In this document: positions 24,940 through 36,200 of the stretch, in pieces
How positions within the stretch are numbered: position 1 is the first letter of the stretch
How the letters are laid out: each line of letters starts with the position of its first letter
Assembly: GCF_006345805.1 (NCBI RefSeq)
Contig: NC_043018.1
Location: 16,554,001-16,618,000, forward strand
Source of the DNA: Octopus sinensis
Taxonomy: Eukaryota
Reading direction: 5' to 3'
Length of the DNA: 64,000 bases
Notes under the pieces: generated by a model
Told to the model about the DNA's origin: nothing
Database searches by the model: none
What the model saw: the letters and a program-made list of their open reading frames with translations, nothing else
Made by a program: the position numbers and the translations under genes

Positions 24940-26042
24940 GATAGATAGATAGATAGATAGATATATATATAGAGAGAGATAGAAAATGTGAACTGATATT
25001 TTCATATTTAATGGATCTCTTGTATTCAACTCTACATCGCCGTCGTTGATGTTCAGGTTTTACATGGATTGTAAAAGGATAAGGCAATGGCTGCCGCTGT
25101 AGTTTACATCATATAATCCATGCGATGAAGAACGGCATAATCCAGGCTGTAGTCTCTATCCTGACCTCCCTTTCAATATTATATTGACATTCAATTCGTG
25201 TCGTGAGTATGAAGAACATACATTTTTCCTCAGATGGTTGACAAGCATCTGAGAAATCTGGCGGTTCACGAGGATACAGCAGCAAATCTATTCAGCTTTA
25301 GCTGTCACTGTCTACAGTTTCGATTGAGATTCTGGCTATACAGCAACCCCTCGACTATCGCGGGTGTTACGTTCCAAAATATCCCGCGTTAAGTGTAAAT
25401 CCGTGAATTAGAATCTATATTGTACATATTTTTTATTATTTTTAGGATTTGTACATATTTATTTTACTATAAATGCAAAACAACATCACGGAGGTACCGA
25501 CGTAAGCTTAAAGAATAAACCGCGATAAGTGAATCGCGATATGGCGAGGTATTACTGTATATTTATATACTTAGTTGCTAAGAAATTCGGGATAATACAG
25601 TCATTAATCGTTAAAAGAAGGGAAAAATATGACTTGTGGTATTTGTTTCGGTTCTGCATGTCGTGAGTTCAAGTCTCCTTAGATTCTTTAGATCTATTGA
25701 TCTCGATAAAATAAACACCAGTATCGTCTAATCCCTTCGCTAAATATTCCTTGACTTCTCCCTTAATTAGAAACCATAATTTAATAATGTCTTTTATCTC
25801 CAACTATATTCTGTATTTACAGTAAGAGGGTTAAGAGAATGAATCCTAAATGTAACGAAATGTTCTGTGACGGTAGCGGACGTCCAACACGCTACCCCTG
25901 TTGCCCGGGTTTGAGATGTGTATGTAGAACATTACTTGGTTGCAGGTGTAGTTCACAAAATACGATCCATGTGGCTCATAGCGTTATACTCCAAACTGCA
26001 ATCGCTTTTCGGATTTTCATTGTAAATTTACCATCTTATTGA
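22859..26042 (+). CDS. Secreted 8-Cys knottin-like peptide precursor, gene B, 114 aa; exons 22859..22922, 24047..24107, 25823..26042
   Basis: Spliced ORF MKGISLLLFCVFISYTFSDKQ-DVAPVHQQTGDYVSLSNMTYS-KRVKR-MNPKCNEMFCDGSGRPTRYPCCPGLRCVCRTLLGCRCSSQNTIHVAHSVILQTAIAFRIFIVNLPSY*. 64+61+220=345 nt; canonical splice sites; RVKR site directly before the Cys domain. Confidence 0.87.
23065..23432 (-). mobile_element. tRNA-derived SINE family 2, diverged copy with triplicated 5' end
   Basis: Homologous to 26836-27222; 32-bp head unit repeated three times. Confidence 0.7.
24047..24107 (+). CDS. Gene B coding exon 2 (propeptide)
   Basis: Acceptor tttctttcag, donor AG|gtaaga; 61 nt as in gene A. Confidence 0.8.
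24601..24985. repeat. (GATA)n/(GACA)n microsatellite in gene B intron 2
   Basis: Direct reading. Confidence 0.95.
25341..25557. mobile_element. pogo/Tigger-like MITE in gene B intron 2
   Basis: TA|cagcaacccctcg...cgaggtattactg|TA terminal inverted repeats with TA flanks and internal cgcg motifs. Confidence 0.7.
25823..26042 (+). CDS. Gene B terminal exon 3 (KRVKR, 8-Cys domain, hydrophobic tail)
   Basis: Acceptor tattctgtatttacag identical to the gene A exon-3 acceptors; open to TGA at 26042. Confidence 0.88.
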
Positions 26043-26420
26043 CATTCTGCTCTGGTGAATCTTGTGGATAAATGTTATACGTGAGATTGTTTTTATCCAA
26101 GGTGGAATTCGATGAGAAGAAATGCAGACAAACAAAGCAAAGGAGCCGGTTAAGCAGCAAAAGTACACACAACTACAACAAGAACATCAACACGTGTTGT
26201 TACTGATAATACTGCTGTATTTCTCTACGTACTCCTACTCCTCCTCTTTCATCATTTCATCCTGATCCTCTCCGCTTCCTCCTCCAAATCTTTGCCGGCG
26301 TCCTCTACTCCCAGTTCTTCCCCCTCATCCTCATCCTCATCTTCCTCCTTCTACTACTGCTACTTTTTTCAATTTCGAAATTTAACCAGTCGTCAAATTC
26401 TCTGACAGTAGAAAACTATG

Positions 26421-26681
26421 AATAAACATCAAGAGACATAGTGAATATAAAAATATCAACGAGCAGAAGTTTGATTTTGTAGTTTGTCCTGGAAAGAAAT
26501 TCACGTATGTTGCACCAACAACTGAAATGGTAAAAGAAGAGAAAATCTGCAAACCATAACTTAAAACTGTGACTTTTCTTACAAACCGAAATTAATACGA
26601 CGAATGTATTTAATATCTAATATATTTTTGCTATTATTCCTTCAAATTTTAAAGAAATCTCACTTAAATAAATTTATTAAA
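26421..26681 (+). promoter_or_regulatory. Candidate polyadenylation signals of gene B (AATAAA 26421, AATAAA 26667, ATTAAA 26676)
   Basis: Hexamers lie in a 3' region conserved with gene A, whose minus-strand equivalents are AATAAA at 9932-9937 and ATTAAA at 9720-9725. Confidence 0.4.
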
Positions 26682-26835
26682 GCATTTCAAATACTTAGTG
26701 ATTCGATTTTCGCTGTGCTGCTTTTTTAAATGTTATTGAACGGTAACAAAATCTCAGTGCTTCGTTCTTCGCTGTGGTATTTGCCTTTAAGTTATCGATA
26801 TGAACGGTAAGAATTTACATTGCAGTGGTATGCTA

Positions 26836-27222
26836 TGGAAGCACTCCGTCGGTTACGACGATGAGGGTTCCGGTTGATCCGAATCAACGGAACAGCCTGT
26901 TCGTGAAATTAGCGTGTAAGTGGCTGAGCACTCCACAGACACGTGTACCCTTAACGTAGTTCTCGGGGATATTCAGCGTGACACAGAGAGTGACAAGGCC
27001 GGCCCTTCGAAATACAGCTACAACAGAAACAGGAAGTAGGAGTGAGAGAAAGTTGTGGTGAAAGAGTACAGCAGGGATCACCACCATACCCCTGCCGGAG
27101 CCTCGTGGAGCTTTTAGGTGTTTTCGCTCAATAAACACTCACAACGCCCGGTCTGGGAATCGAAACCGCGATCCTATGACCGCGAGTCCGCTGCCCTAAC
27201 CACTGGGCCATTGCGCCTCCAC
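26836..27222 (-). mobile_element. tRNA-derived SINE family 2 (head tggaggcgcaatggcccagtggttagggcagcggactcgcgg)
   Basis: A-box TGGCCCAGTGG, B-box-like GGTTTCGATTCCC; tail gacggagtgcttcca. Confidence 0.85.
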
Positions 27223-27229
27223 AGTGGTA

Positions 27230-27770
27230 TGCTCTATTATTGTAAAAAAAAAAAGAATATCCTCCGAGTTCTATTTTTATAACATTTAAATACAGATGAA
27301 TAGGAAATACTGATATAAGTAGAGAAGCGAGAGCAGAGAAAGAAGGGTGTAGTAAAGATAGAGGACAATGGGCAATACACCTCACAACAAAAACTGTTTA
27401 GCCGCGGCGATGACCGTATGGCCAGCGCTACTTGCTGCAGCAACCACGCCCGTTTCAAGGGCTTATTCATGCAATAGGCTGCCTTCGTCCTAATCTTGGC
27501 TTTGAACTCGGTATTACAAAATCCGAAAACTCCTGAGGTCTCTACTGTAACCCACACAATCTGACAGGGGCTACTGAGTTCACTGTATTTATTGATTTTT
27601 TCTCTCCTCGTGATTATGGCCGGCGTAAATCGGATTCGTAGCCGTTGCAGCAAGTTTGGCTCCTTCTAAAATACCATTTTGCTCAGCTTGCAACAGATGC
27701 CGCCGGATCGCCACGAAAGAATAATAAAACAAAGAAACTGATACAAGTTACATTAATCATTGGCAACATG
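27230..27770 (-). mobile_element. CRE-clade non-LTR retrotransposon 3' remnant (RLE domain)
   Basis: TRREKINKYSEL...VTVETSGVFG...WLLQQVALAIR, matching the RLE tail pattern REEKK.KY..L...ETxG..G...L.QR.S.A.QRGN. Confidence 0.6.
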
Positions 27771-28092
27771 CAGAGACGTAACAACTACAGCGTTGGTTGT
27801 TTAGTTACGTCTGGCCAATATTATTTATTGCTATATCTTCTTTTATTCTTCTGTCAGCCGAGGGACTAAGTCGTAAAAGCCCGTCCATCATTCAGCTTTG
27901 AATCCGGTGTAAGCTGTGCTACGTACAGATGTTATGGTCCGATTTCGGTTATTCAATAACCTGTAACCTAACGTCGTGCGGAAATCTTTAAACTTTTTGA
28001 CGCACATATATTGTTCGGACATGTGTAGCTGGACAGCTGTGGAACTGCAAGTGTCAGTAAATGGTAAGACACATCGCATAAAGCATGCCCGT

Positions 28093-28149
<57 letters not shown>

Positions 28150-28446
28150 ATGCATATATTAATGTACGTGCAGGAATTCGTATGTGTATATATGTGCTTG
28201 AGTCTGTGTGTATGTGTGTGTGTGCACGTGTATGTATGTGTGTGTGTGCGCGCCCGAGTGCGTGAACAAGAAGACGAAACTCTTGTGAGAGCAAATTCAG
28301 AAAAACAGAGGGAAGCGAAACCTGGAGCAAGCAAAGTTTAAAGCTGTTCACTGAATAACTAACGCTACACAACCCTCATCAACCAGTTTGAAGTTTGCAC
28401 AAAAGAAAGTCTACTGAGCTGTTTGTAAAATACCGTTCGAATCTGG

Positions 28447-28757
28447 ATGGAAGCACTCCGTCGGTTACGACGACGAAGGTTCCGGTTGATCCGAATCAAC
28501 GGAACAGCCTGCTCGTGAAATTAACGTGTAAGTGGCTGAGCACTCCACAGACACGTGTACCCTTAACGTAGTTCTCGGGGATATTCAGCGTGACACAGAG
28601 AGTGACAAGGCCGGCCCTTTGAAATACAGGTACAACAGAAACAGGAAGTAAGAGTGAGAGAAAGTTGTGGTGAAAGAGTACAGCAGGGATCACCACCATC
28701 CCCTGCTGGGGCATCGTGGAGCTTTAGGTGTTTTCGCTCAATAAACACTCACAACGT
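28447..28757 (-). mobile_element. SINE family 2, 5'-truncated
   Basis: Matches family body and tail. Confidence 0.8.
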
Positions 28758-28865
28758 GCGTGTGACTCTGTGTGTGTGTGTGTTACGTAGGTATGTGCAG
28801 GGTTTTGAAAAGAAAACGATCAAATTGATCTGTTGCAGATGGAGAAAAGAGATGTGCAGGAGGCT

Positions 28866-28867
<2 letters not shown>

Positions 28868-28933
<66 letters not shown>

Positions 28934-29198
28934 CAAACAGACAGACAGACAGATAGAGATACAGAGAGAGAGAGAGAGAGAGAAAGAGGGAGAGAGAGAA
29001 AGAGGGAGAGAGAGGAAATAGAAAGAGAGAGGGAGAGAGAGAGAGAGAGAAAGAGAGAGAGACAAACAGACAGACAGACAGACAGAAATACAGAGAGAGA
29101 GAGAGTGAGAGAGAGAGAGAAAGAGGGAGAGAGAGAAAGAGGGAGAGAGAGGAAATAGAAAGAGAGAAGGAGAGAGAGTGAGAGAGAAAGAGAGAGAG

Positions 29199-29229
<31 letters not shown>

Positions 29230-29369
29230 TATATATATATAGAGAGAGACAGAGATACAGAGAGAGAGAGGGAAAGAGGGAGAGAGAGAAAGAGGGAGAG
29301 AGAGAAAGAGGGAGAGAGAGGAAATAGAAAGAGAGAGGGAGAGAGAGAGAGGGAGAGAGAGAGAGAGGG

Positions 29370-29400
<31 letters not shown>

Positions 29401-29535
29401 GAGAGAAAGACAGCGATACAGAGAGAGAGAGAGAGAAAGAGGGAGAGAGAGTAAGAGGGAGAGAAAGAGGGGGAGAGAAGAGAAAGAGGAAAGAGAAAGA
29501 GAGAGGGAGAGAGAGAGAGAGAGGAGAAACAGAGA
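28868..29535. repeat. Compound (GA)n/(GACA)n array with higher-order units
   Basis: Repeated gagacaaacagacagacagac...aggaaatagaaagag blocks. Confidence 0.9.
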
Positions 29536-30126
29536 TGAGACACTTGAAGGAAAATTATGCATTTTATTGAACTCATTGTATGCATATGATTAGTGTCGCC
29601 ACCACCATAACCACTGACATCATCACCATCATCATCATATCATCATCATCATCATCATCAATAATAGCACCGACAAAAATCAACATCACCTTCCTTATCA
29701 TCATCATTATCATCATCATTATCATCATCATTATCATCATCATTATCATTATCAATATCATAATCAGTGACGTCCTCAATATTATAGTCAACATCAAGAA
29801 ATATCCATAGCAAACAAATAAATAAATAAAAGCCAGGAGACAGCAAACGTAACAAGTCTGATCCTATTTTATTTATCTGGAATGAGGCATGAAATCAACT
29901 TAATATTTATCAATAGGAGTGTTTGATAGCAGAGGAGGTAGTTGGATTAGTTTAGCTGATGAAAGGAGTGTACAAGCTAACGTTTCCAGTCACTTGTCCT
30001 TCGCTAGTAAGTCAGTCAAAAGCAGCAAAATAAAGAGATTATACCACTGGTAAGTAAATAACTCAGTTTTTTTTTCAAAACGAAGATTCTCTTCTTTCTC
30101 AGCATCACTTTAAAAAGAAACAAGTA

Positions 30127-30535
30127 GGCGCAGGAGTGGCTGTGTGGTAAGCAGCTTGTCTACCAACCACATGGTTCCGGGTTCAGTCCCACTGCGTGGC
30201 ACCTTGGGCAAGTGTCTTCTACTATAGCCTCGGGCCGACCAAAGCCTTGTGAGTGGATTTGGTAGACGGAAACTGAAAGAAGTCTGTCGTATATATGTAT
30301 ATATATATATATGTGTGTGAATGTGTTTGTGTGTCTGTGTTTGTCCCCCTAGCATTGCTTGACAACCGATGCTGGTGTGTTTATGTCCCCGTCACTTAGC
30401 GGTTCGGCAAAAGAGACCGATAGAATAAGTACTGTGCTTACAAAAGAATAAGTCCCGGGGTCGAGTTGCTCGATTAAAGGCGGTGCTCCAGCATGGCCGC
30501 AGTCAAATGACTGAAACAAGTAAAAGAGTAAAAGA
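30127..30535 (+). mobile_element. SINE family 1, full length
   Basis: Near-identical to 41878-42275. Confidence 0.85.
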
Positions 30536-30858
30536 GAAAGAGAGTAATACATCTCTAAAATATCACATAATATAATCACTAGCTTGCACTTCGATACTCA
30601 CACCAGTCGTATTCACTGTCCATTACCACCACCACCACCATCACCATTCAAAGGAACCTGCACAAACACTGCTACCCACAATTATTTATTCCGTTTCACA
30701 TAATACTCCTCACTCATACAAACATCTACAAAAACTGAAACGGTTTACCACACGTTCTACTACCTGTGCAACGATAACCATATCCAAATACGCTGTCAAG
30801 CATATTTTACAAACACTTCAGAACATTCCCACGCACAAATGCATACGATCATCATGTA

Positions 30859-32487
30859 CAGTTGCGGTCAAAATGTTCAGAACGGCATTGTTTTCGTCAG
30901 AAAAGTAGATATAATTTTTTTATCAAAGTTGTTTTATATTCTATAATTTTCACAGACAATAAATACGATATTATTTGTTATTGCCTGAGATTTTGGTGCA
31001 ATTTGAGAGGATAATACAAAAGTTATGGATGATTTAGTGATTTACTGCAAAACCCATGGCGGCCAAAATGATCAGAACGGTTGCTTTTACTCCGTGTTTT
31101 AGTATATTTAACCGGCGAACTCTAATGTTTTGAATTTGTTTACGTGACGGTTCGTTTACTAAACATTAGTAAGAATATTTGCAGTGTACTTTGTTAATAT
31201 AATGCCACTTACTCCGTTACCAATTCGTCAGCAGATTATTAAGCTTCGAAGGAAGGATAATTTAAGTATTGGATCTATTGCAAAGATTGTTAACAAGTCA
31301 AAAAGTGTTGTACACGGTATTCTTAAGGTCTACGATGATTGTGGTTCGTGTGAAGCAAGAAAGTTTACAGGTAGGCCAAGAAAAAACGACCAAGAGAGAA
31401 GATCGTGCTATGGTAAAGTTGGTTAAAAAGGACAGATTTAAAACTGCTGCTGCTGTTTCTCGGAAAATGAGCATTGTATTGAAGAAAACTTTATCTCGAA
31501 AAACTGTCTCGTCGTTTAGTTGAACATGACCTACAAGCAAGAGCACCTGCAGTGAAGCCACTGATCAGCTCCAAGAATAAAAAGTGTCGTCTTACCTTTG
31601 CAACCGAACATGTGTTGTGGTCTCAAGAAAAATGGCAAACGGTGCATTTCAGTGATGAATCTAAGTTTATGCTATTTGGCTCAGATGGGAAAAGGTACGT
31701 TTATCGAAAAGTAGGTGAAAAATTGTCGCCTAAATGCCTTAAGACTAGTGTTAAATTCGGTGGAGGAAGTGTCATGGTTTGGGGGATGATATCTGGAGAT
31801 GGTGCGGGCCCTTTGGTGCGATTACATGAAAAGGTAAATGCAGGAGTTTATAAACAACTTGTAAAAGATCATGTCTTGCCTGTGCTGAGAAATTCAACTA
31901 TGCGACCACCCATATTCATGCAGGACAATGCCCCATGTCACAAGGCTAAGGTGGTCATGAACTTCCTCAAGGCTGAAAAGGTTATTGTTATGGATTGGCC
32001 TGCTCAAAGCCCAGATCTCAAGCCTATTGAAAATGTGTGGAATATTCTAGGAGAACGTTCGAAAGCCAGAAATCCTAAAACAACTGAGCAATTATGGAAT
32101 GCCCTTCTGGAAGAATGGAATAAGATCACCCAGCAAGAAATTGAAAATTTAATTTCCTCATGCAGTCGAAGATGTCAGAGTGTGATTGAAGCTAAAGGGC
32201 TTCACACTAAATATTAAATAATTCCAGTATTTTCTGTCATGTTTGATTATTTTGTTATTTTTTCAACCGTTCTGATAATTTTGGCCGCCATGTGTTTTGC
32301 AGAAAATCACTAAATAATCCATAAAGTTTGTATTATCCTCTCAAATTACACCAAAATCTCAGACAATAACAATTAATATTGTATTTATTGTCTGTAAAAA
32401 TTATAGAATATAAAACTACTTTGATAAAAACTTATACCTACTTTTCTGACGAAAACAATGCCGTTCTGAACATTTTGGCCGCAACTG
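30859..32487 (+). mobile_element. Full-length Tc1-family (DD34E) transposon, 1629 bp, with ~220 bp IR/DR terminal repeats
   Basis: TA|cagttgcggtcaaaatgttcagaacgg...ccgttctgaacattttggccgcaactg|TA; inner repeat ggccaaaatgatcagaacgg. Confidence 0.95.
31202..32217 (+). pseudogene. Tc1 transposase with two frameshifts
   Basis: MPLTPLPIRQQII...TGRPRK / TTKREDR...SRKTVS / KPLIS...FSDESKF...FMQDNAPCH...WPAQSPDLKPIENVW; 34 residues between the second D and E. Confidence 0.9.
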
Positions 32488-32685
32488 TACATACACTGGC
32501 ACGTAACCTTCAAGAGTTCCTCACACACTCTTACAATATCTAGATTTCTCCATGCTCGACGTACACGTCGAATTGCTACAAACAATTGTTTTCTTACGAT
32601 TTAAAGTGAAAATATGCAATCGGTCACCAGACCAGTTAGGATTTGCCTGAATTGATATTATACAGCAACAACAGCAGTGACAGCA

Positions 32686-33005
32686 GTGGAGGCGCAATGG
32701 CCCAGTGGTTAGGGCAGCGGACTCGCAGTCGGAGGATCGCGGTTTCGATTCCCAGACCGGGCCTTGTGTGTGTTTATTGAGCGAAAACACTTAAAGCTTC
32801 ACGAGATGACAAACAAGGACAGACATAGGTATTATTAAGTCGATTACATGACCCCAGTGCGTAAACTGGTATTAATTTATCGACCCCGAAAGGATGAAAA
32901 AAAGTCAAAGTCGACCTGGCGGAATTTGAACTCAGAACGTAGCGGCAGACGAAATACCGCTCAGCATTTCGTCCGGCGCGCAAACGTTTCTGCCAGCTTG
33001 CCGCC
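32686..33005. mobile_element. SINE family 2 head (+) joined to SINE family 3 copy (-)
   Basis: 32686-32810 family-2 head; 32810-33005 reverse complement of family 3. Confidence 0.7.
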
Positions 33006-33262
33006 CTGTAAGTGTATCGATTAGTTTCGTGTTCCACTTTGATCAATAATATCGATTATACACACATTCACTTTGTAAATATGCCGGCATAAAAAATTCT
33101 TTATCTATTCATTGAATCGATTGTCGTCATCTGCAGAACAAACATGTCCGTTCCTGACCATTCATGTGTTTCCAATACCATACGATGTATTTAGTATGCA
33201 GATTGAGTCCCTAAGGAGAAGTTTCACTTTGGTTACCATTGCATCCCTGTCCTATGAAATAG

Positions 33263-36200
33263 ATGGTGGTGGTGGTGGTGGTGGTGGGTTGGTGATGGTG
33301 ATGGTGGTGGTGGTGATGGTGGTGGTGGTGGTGGTGGTTGGTGGTTGATGGTGGTGGTGATGGTGGTGGTGGGGTGGTGGTGATGTGGTGTGGTGGTGGT
33401 GGGTGTGATGGTGGTGATGGGGTGGGTGGTGGTGGTGGTGTGGTGATGGTGGTGGTGGTGGTGGTGGTGATGGGTGTGATGGTGGTGGTGGTGGTGTGGG
33501 TGGTGGTGGGTGTGGTGGTGGTGGTGATGGTGGTGGTGATGGTGGTGGTGGTGGTGGTGGTGATGGTGGTGGTGGTGGTTGTGATGGTGGTGATGGTGGT
33601 GGTGGTGGTGGTGGTGGTGGTGGTGGGTGGTGGTGGTGGTGTGGTGGTGAGGTGGTGGTGTGGTTGGTGGTGGTGGTGGTTGGGTGGTGTGATGGGTGGT
33701 GGTGGTGTGGTGGTGGTGGTGATGGTGGTGGTGATGGTGGTGGTGGTGGTGGTGGTGATGGTGGTGGTGGTGGTTTTGATGGGTTGGTGGTGTGTGGTGG
33801 TGGTGGTGGTGGTGGGGGGGTGGTGGTGGTGGTGATGGTGGTGGTGGGTGGTGGTTGGTGGTGGTGGTGATGGTGGTGGTGGGTGGTGGTGGTGTGGTGA
33901 TGGTGTGGTGGTGGTGGTGATGTGTGGTTGGTGGTGGTGGTGGTGGTGGTGGTGATGGTGGTGGTGGTGGTGGTGATGGTGTGGTGGTGGTGGTGGTGAT
34001 GGTGGTGAGGTGGTGGTGGTGGTGGTGATGGTGGTGGTGGTGGTGTGTGATGGGGTGGTGGGTGGTGGTTGAGGATGGTGGTGGTGGTGGTGAGGTGGTG
34101 TGGTGGTGGTGGTGGTGGTGGTGGTGGTGGTGGTGGTGATGGTGGTGGTGGTGGTGATGGTTGGTGGTGGTGGTGGGTGGTGGTGGTTGATGGTGTGTGG
34201 GTGGTGATGGTGGTGATGGTGGTGGGTGGTGGTGAGGTGGTGGTGGTGGTGATGGTTGGTGGTGGTGGTGGTGGTGTTGTGATGGTTGTGGTGGTGATGG
34301 TGGTGATGGTGTGGTGGTGTGTTTTGGTGGTGGTTGGTGGGTGTGGTGGTGGTGGTGATGGTGGTGGTGGTGGTGTGTGAGGTGGTGGTGGTGGTGTGGT
34401 GGTGTGGTGGTGGTGGGGGTGGTGGTGGTGATGGTGGTGGTGAGGTTGGGTGGTGTGGTGGTGGTGATGGTATGGTGGTGGTGGTTTGATGGTGGTGGTG
34501 GTGGTGGTGGTGGTGGTGTGATGGTGGTGGTGGGGTTGGTGATGGTGGTGTGGTGGTGGTGGTGGTGTGGTGGTGGTGGTGGTTGGTGGTTGATGGTGGT
34601 GGTGGTGGTGGTGTGGGTGGATGGTGGTGGTGGTGGTTTTGATGGTGGTGATGGTGGTGGTGGTGGTGGTGGTGGTGATGGTGGTGGTGGTGGTTGTTGG
34701 GTGGTGGTGGTGGTGGTGGTGATGGTGGTGGTGATGGTGGTGGTGATGGTGGTGGTGGGGGGGTGGGTGGTGGTTGGTGGTGGTGGTGGTGTGGTGATGG
34801 TGTTGGTGGTGGTGGTGGTGATGGTGGTGGTGGTGGGTGGTGATGGTTGTGGTTGGGTGATGGTGGTGATGGTGGTGGTGGTGTGGTTGATGGTTGTGGT
34901 GGTGGTGGTGGTGATGGTGGTGGTGGTGGTGTGGTGGTGGTGGGGTGGTTGATGGTGTGATGGTGGTTGGTGGTGGTGATGGTTGGTGGTGGTGATGGTG
35001 GTGGTGATGGTGGTGGTGGTGGTGATGGTGTTGGTGATGGTGGTGGTGTGGTGGTGGTGATGGTGGTGGTGATGGGTGGTGGTGGTGGTGATGGTGGTGG
35101 TGAGGTGGTGGTGGGTGGTGATGGGGATGGTGGTGGTGTGGTTGGTGGTGGATGGTGGTGGTGATGGTGTGGTGGTGGTGGTGGTGATGGTGGTGGTGAT
35201 GGTGGTGGGGGTGGTGATGGTGGGTTGGTGATGGTGGTGGTGGTGGTGGTGGTGGTGGTGGTGATGGTGGTGGTGGTGGTGATGGTGGGTGGTGGTGATG
35301 GTGGTGGTGGTGGTGGTGGTGGTGGTGATGGTGTGGTGGTGGTGATGGTGTGGTGGTGGTGGTGTGGTGATGGGTGGTGGTGGTTGTGGTGGTGATGGTG
35401 GTGGGGTGGTGGTGGTGTGGTGGTGGTGGTGGTGGTGGTGGTTGATGGTGGTGGTGATGGTGGTGGTGGTGGTGGTGGTGATGGTGGGTGGTGGTGTTGA
35501 TGGTTGGTGGTGGTGGGTGATGGTGGTGATGGTGTGGTGGTTGGGTGGGGTGGTTGTGGTGGTGATGGTGGTGATGGTTGGTGGTGTGGATGGTTGGTGG
35601 TGGTGATGGTGGTGATTGGGGTGGAGTGATGGTGGTGGTGGGTTGGTGTGGGTGGTGGTGGTGGTGAGGTAGTGGTGGTGGTGGTGATGGTGGTGGTGTG
35701 GTGGTGAGGGTGGTGGTGGTGTGTGTGGTGGTGGTGGTGGTGGTTGTGGTGGTGATGGTGGTGGTGGTGGGTGGTGATGGTGGTGGTGGGTGGTGATGGT
35801 GATGGTGGTGTGGTGGTGATGGTGTGTGGTTGATGGGGTGGTGGTGGTGGAGTGATGGTGATGGTGGTGGTTGGTGGTGATGTGGTGGTGATGGTGGTGG
35901 TGGTGGTGGTGGTGGTGATGGTGGTGGTGGGGTGTGATGGTTGTGGTGGTGATGGTGGTGATGGGTGGTGATGGTGGTGGTGGATGTGTGGTGGGTGTTG
36001 GTGGTGGTGGTGGTGATGGTGGGTGGTGGTGGTGATGGTGGTGGGGGTGGTGTGGTGATGGTGGTGATGGTGGTGGTGGTGGTGATGGTGGTGGCGGTGG
36101 TGGTGGTGGTGATGGTGGTGTATGGTGGTGTGGTGATGGTGGTGGTGATGGTGGTTGTGGTGGTGGTGATGGTGGGTGTGGTGATGGGGTGGTGGGTGGT

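Noticed and set aside
26836-27222. tRNA genes
   Set aside because: The tRNA-like A/B boxes are heads of multi-copy SINEs with long shared bodies; no complete cloverleaf or acceptor stem
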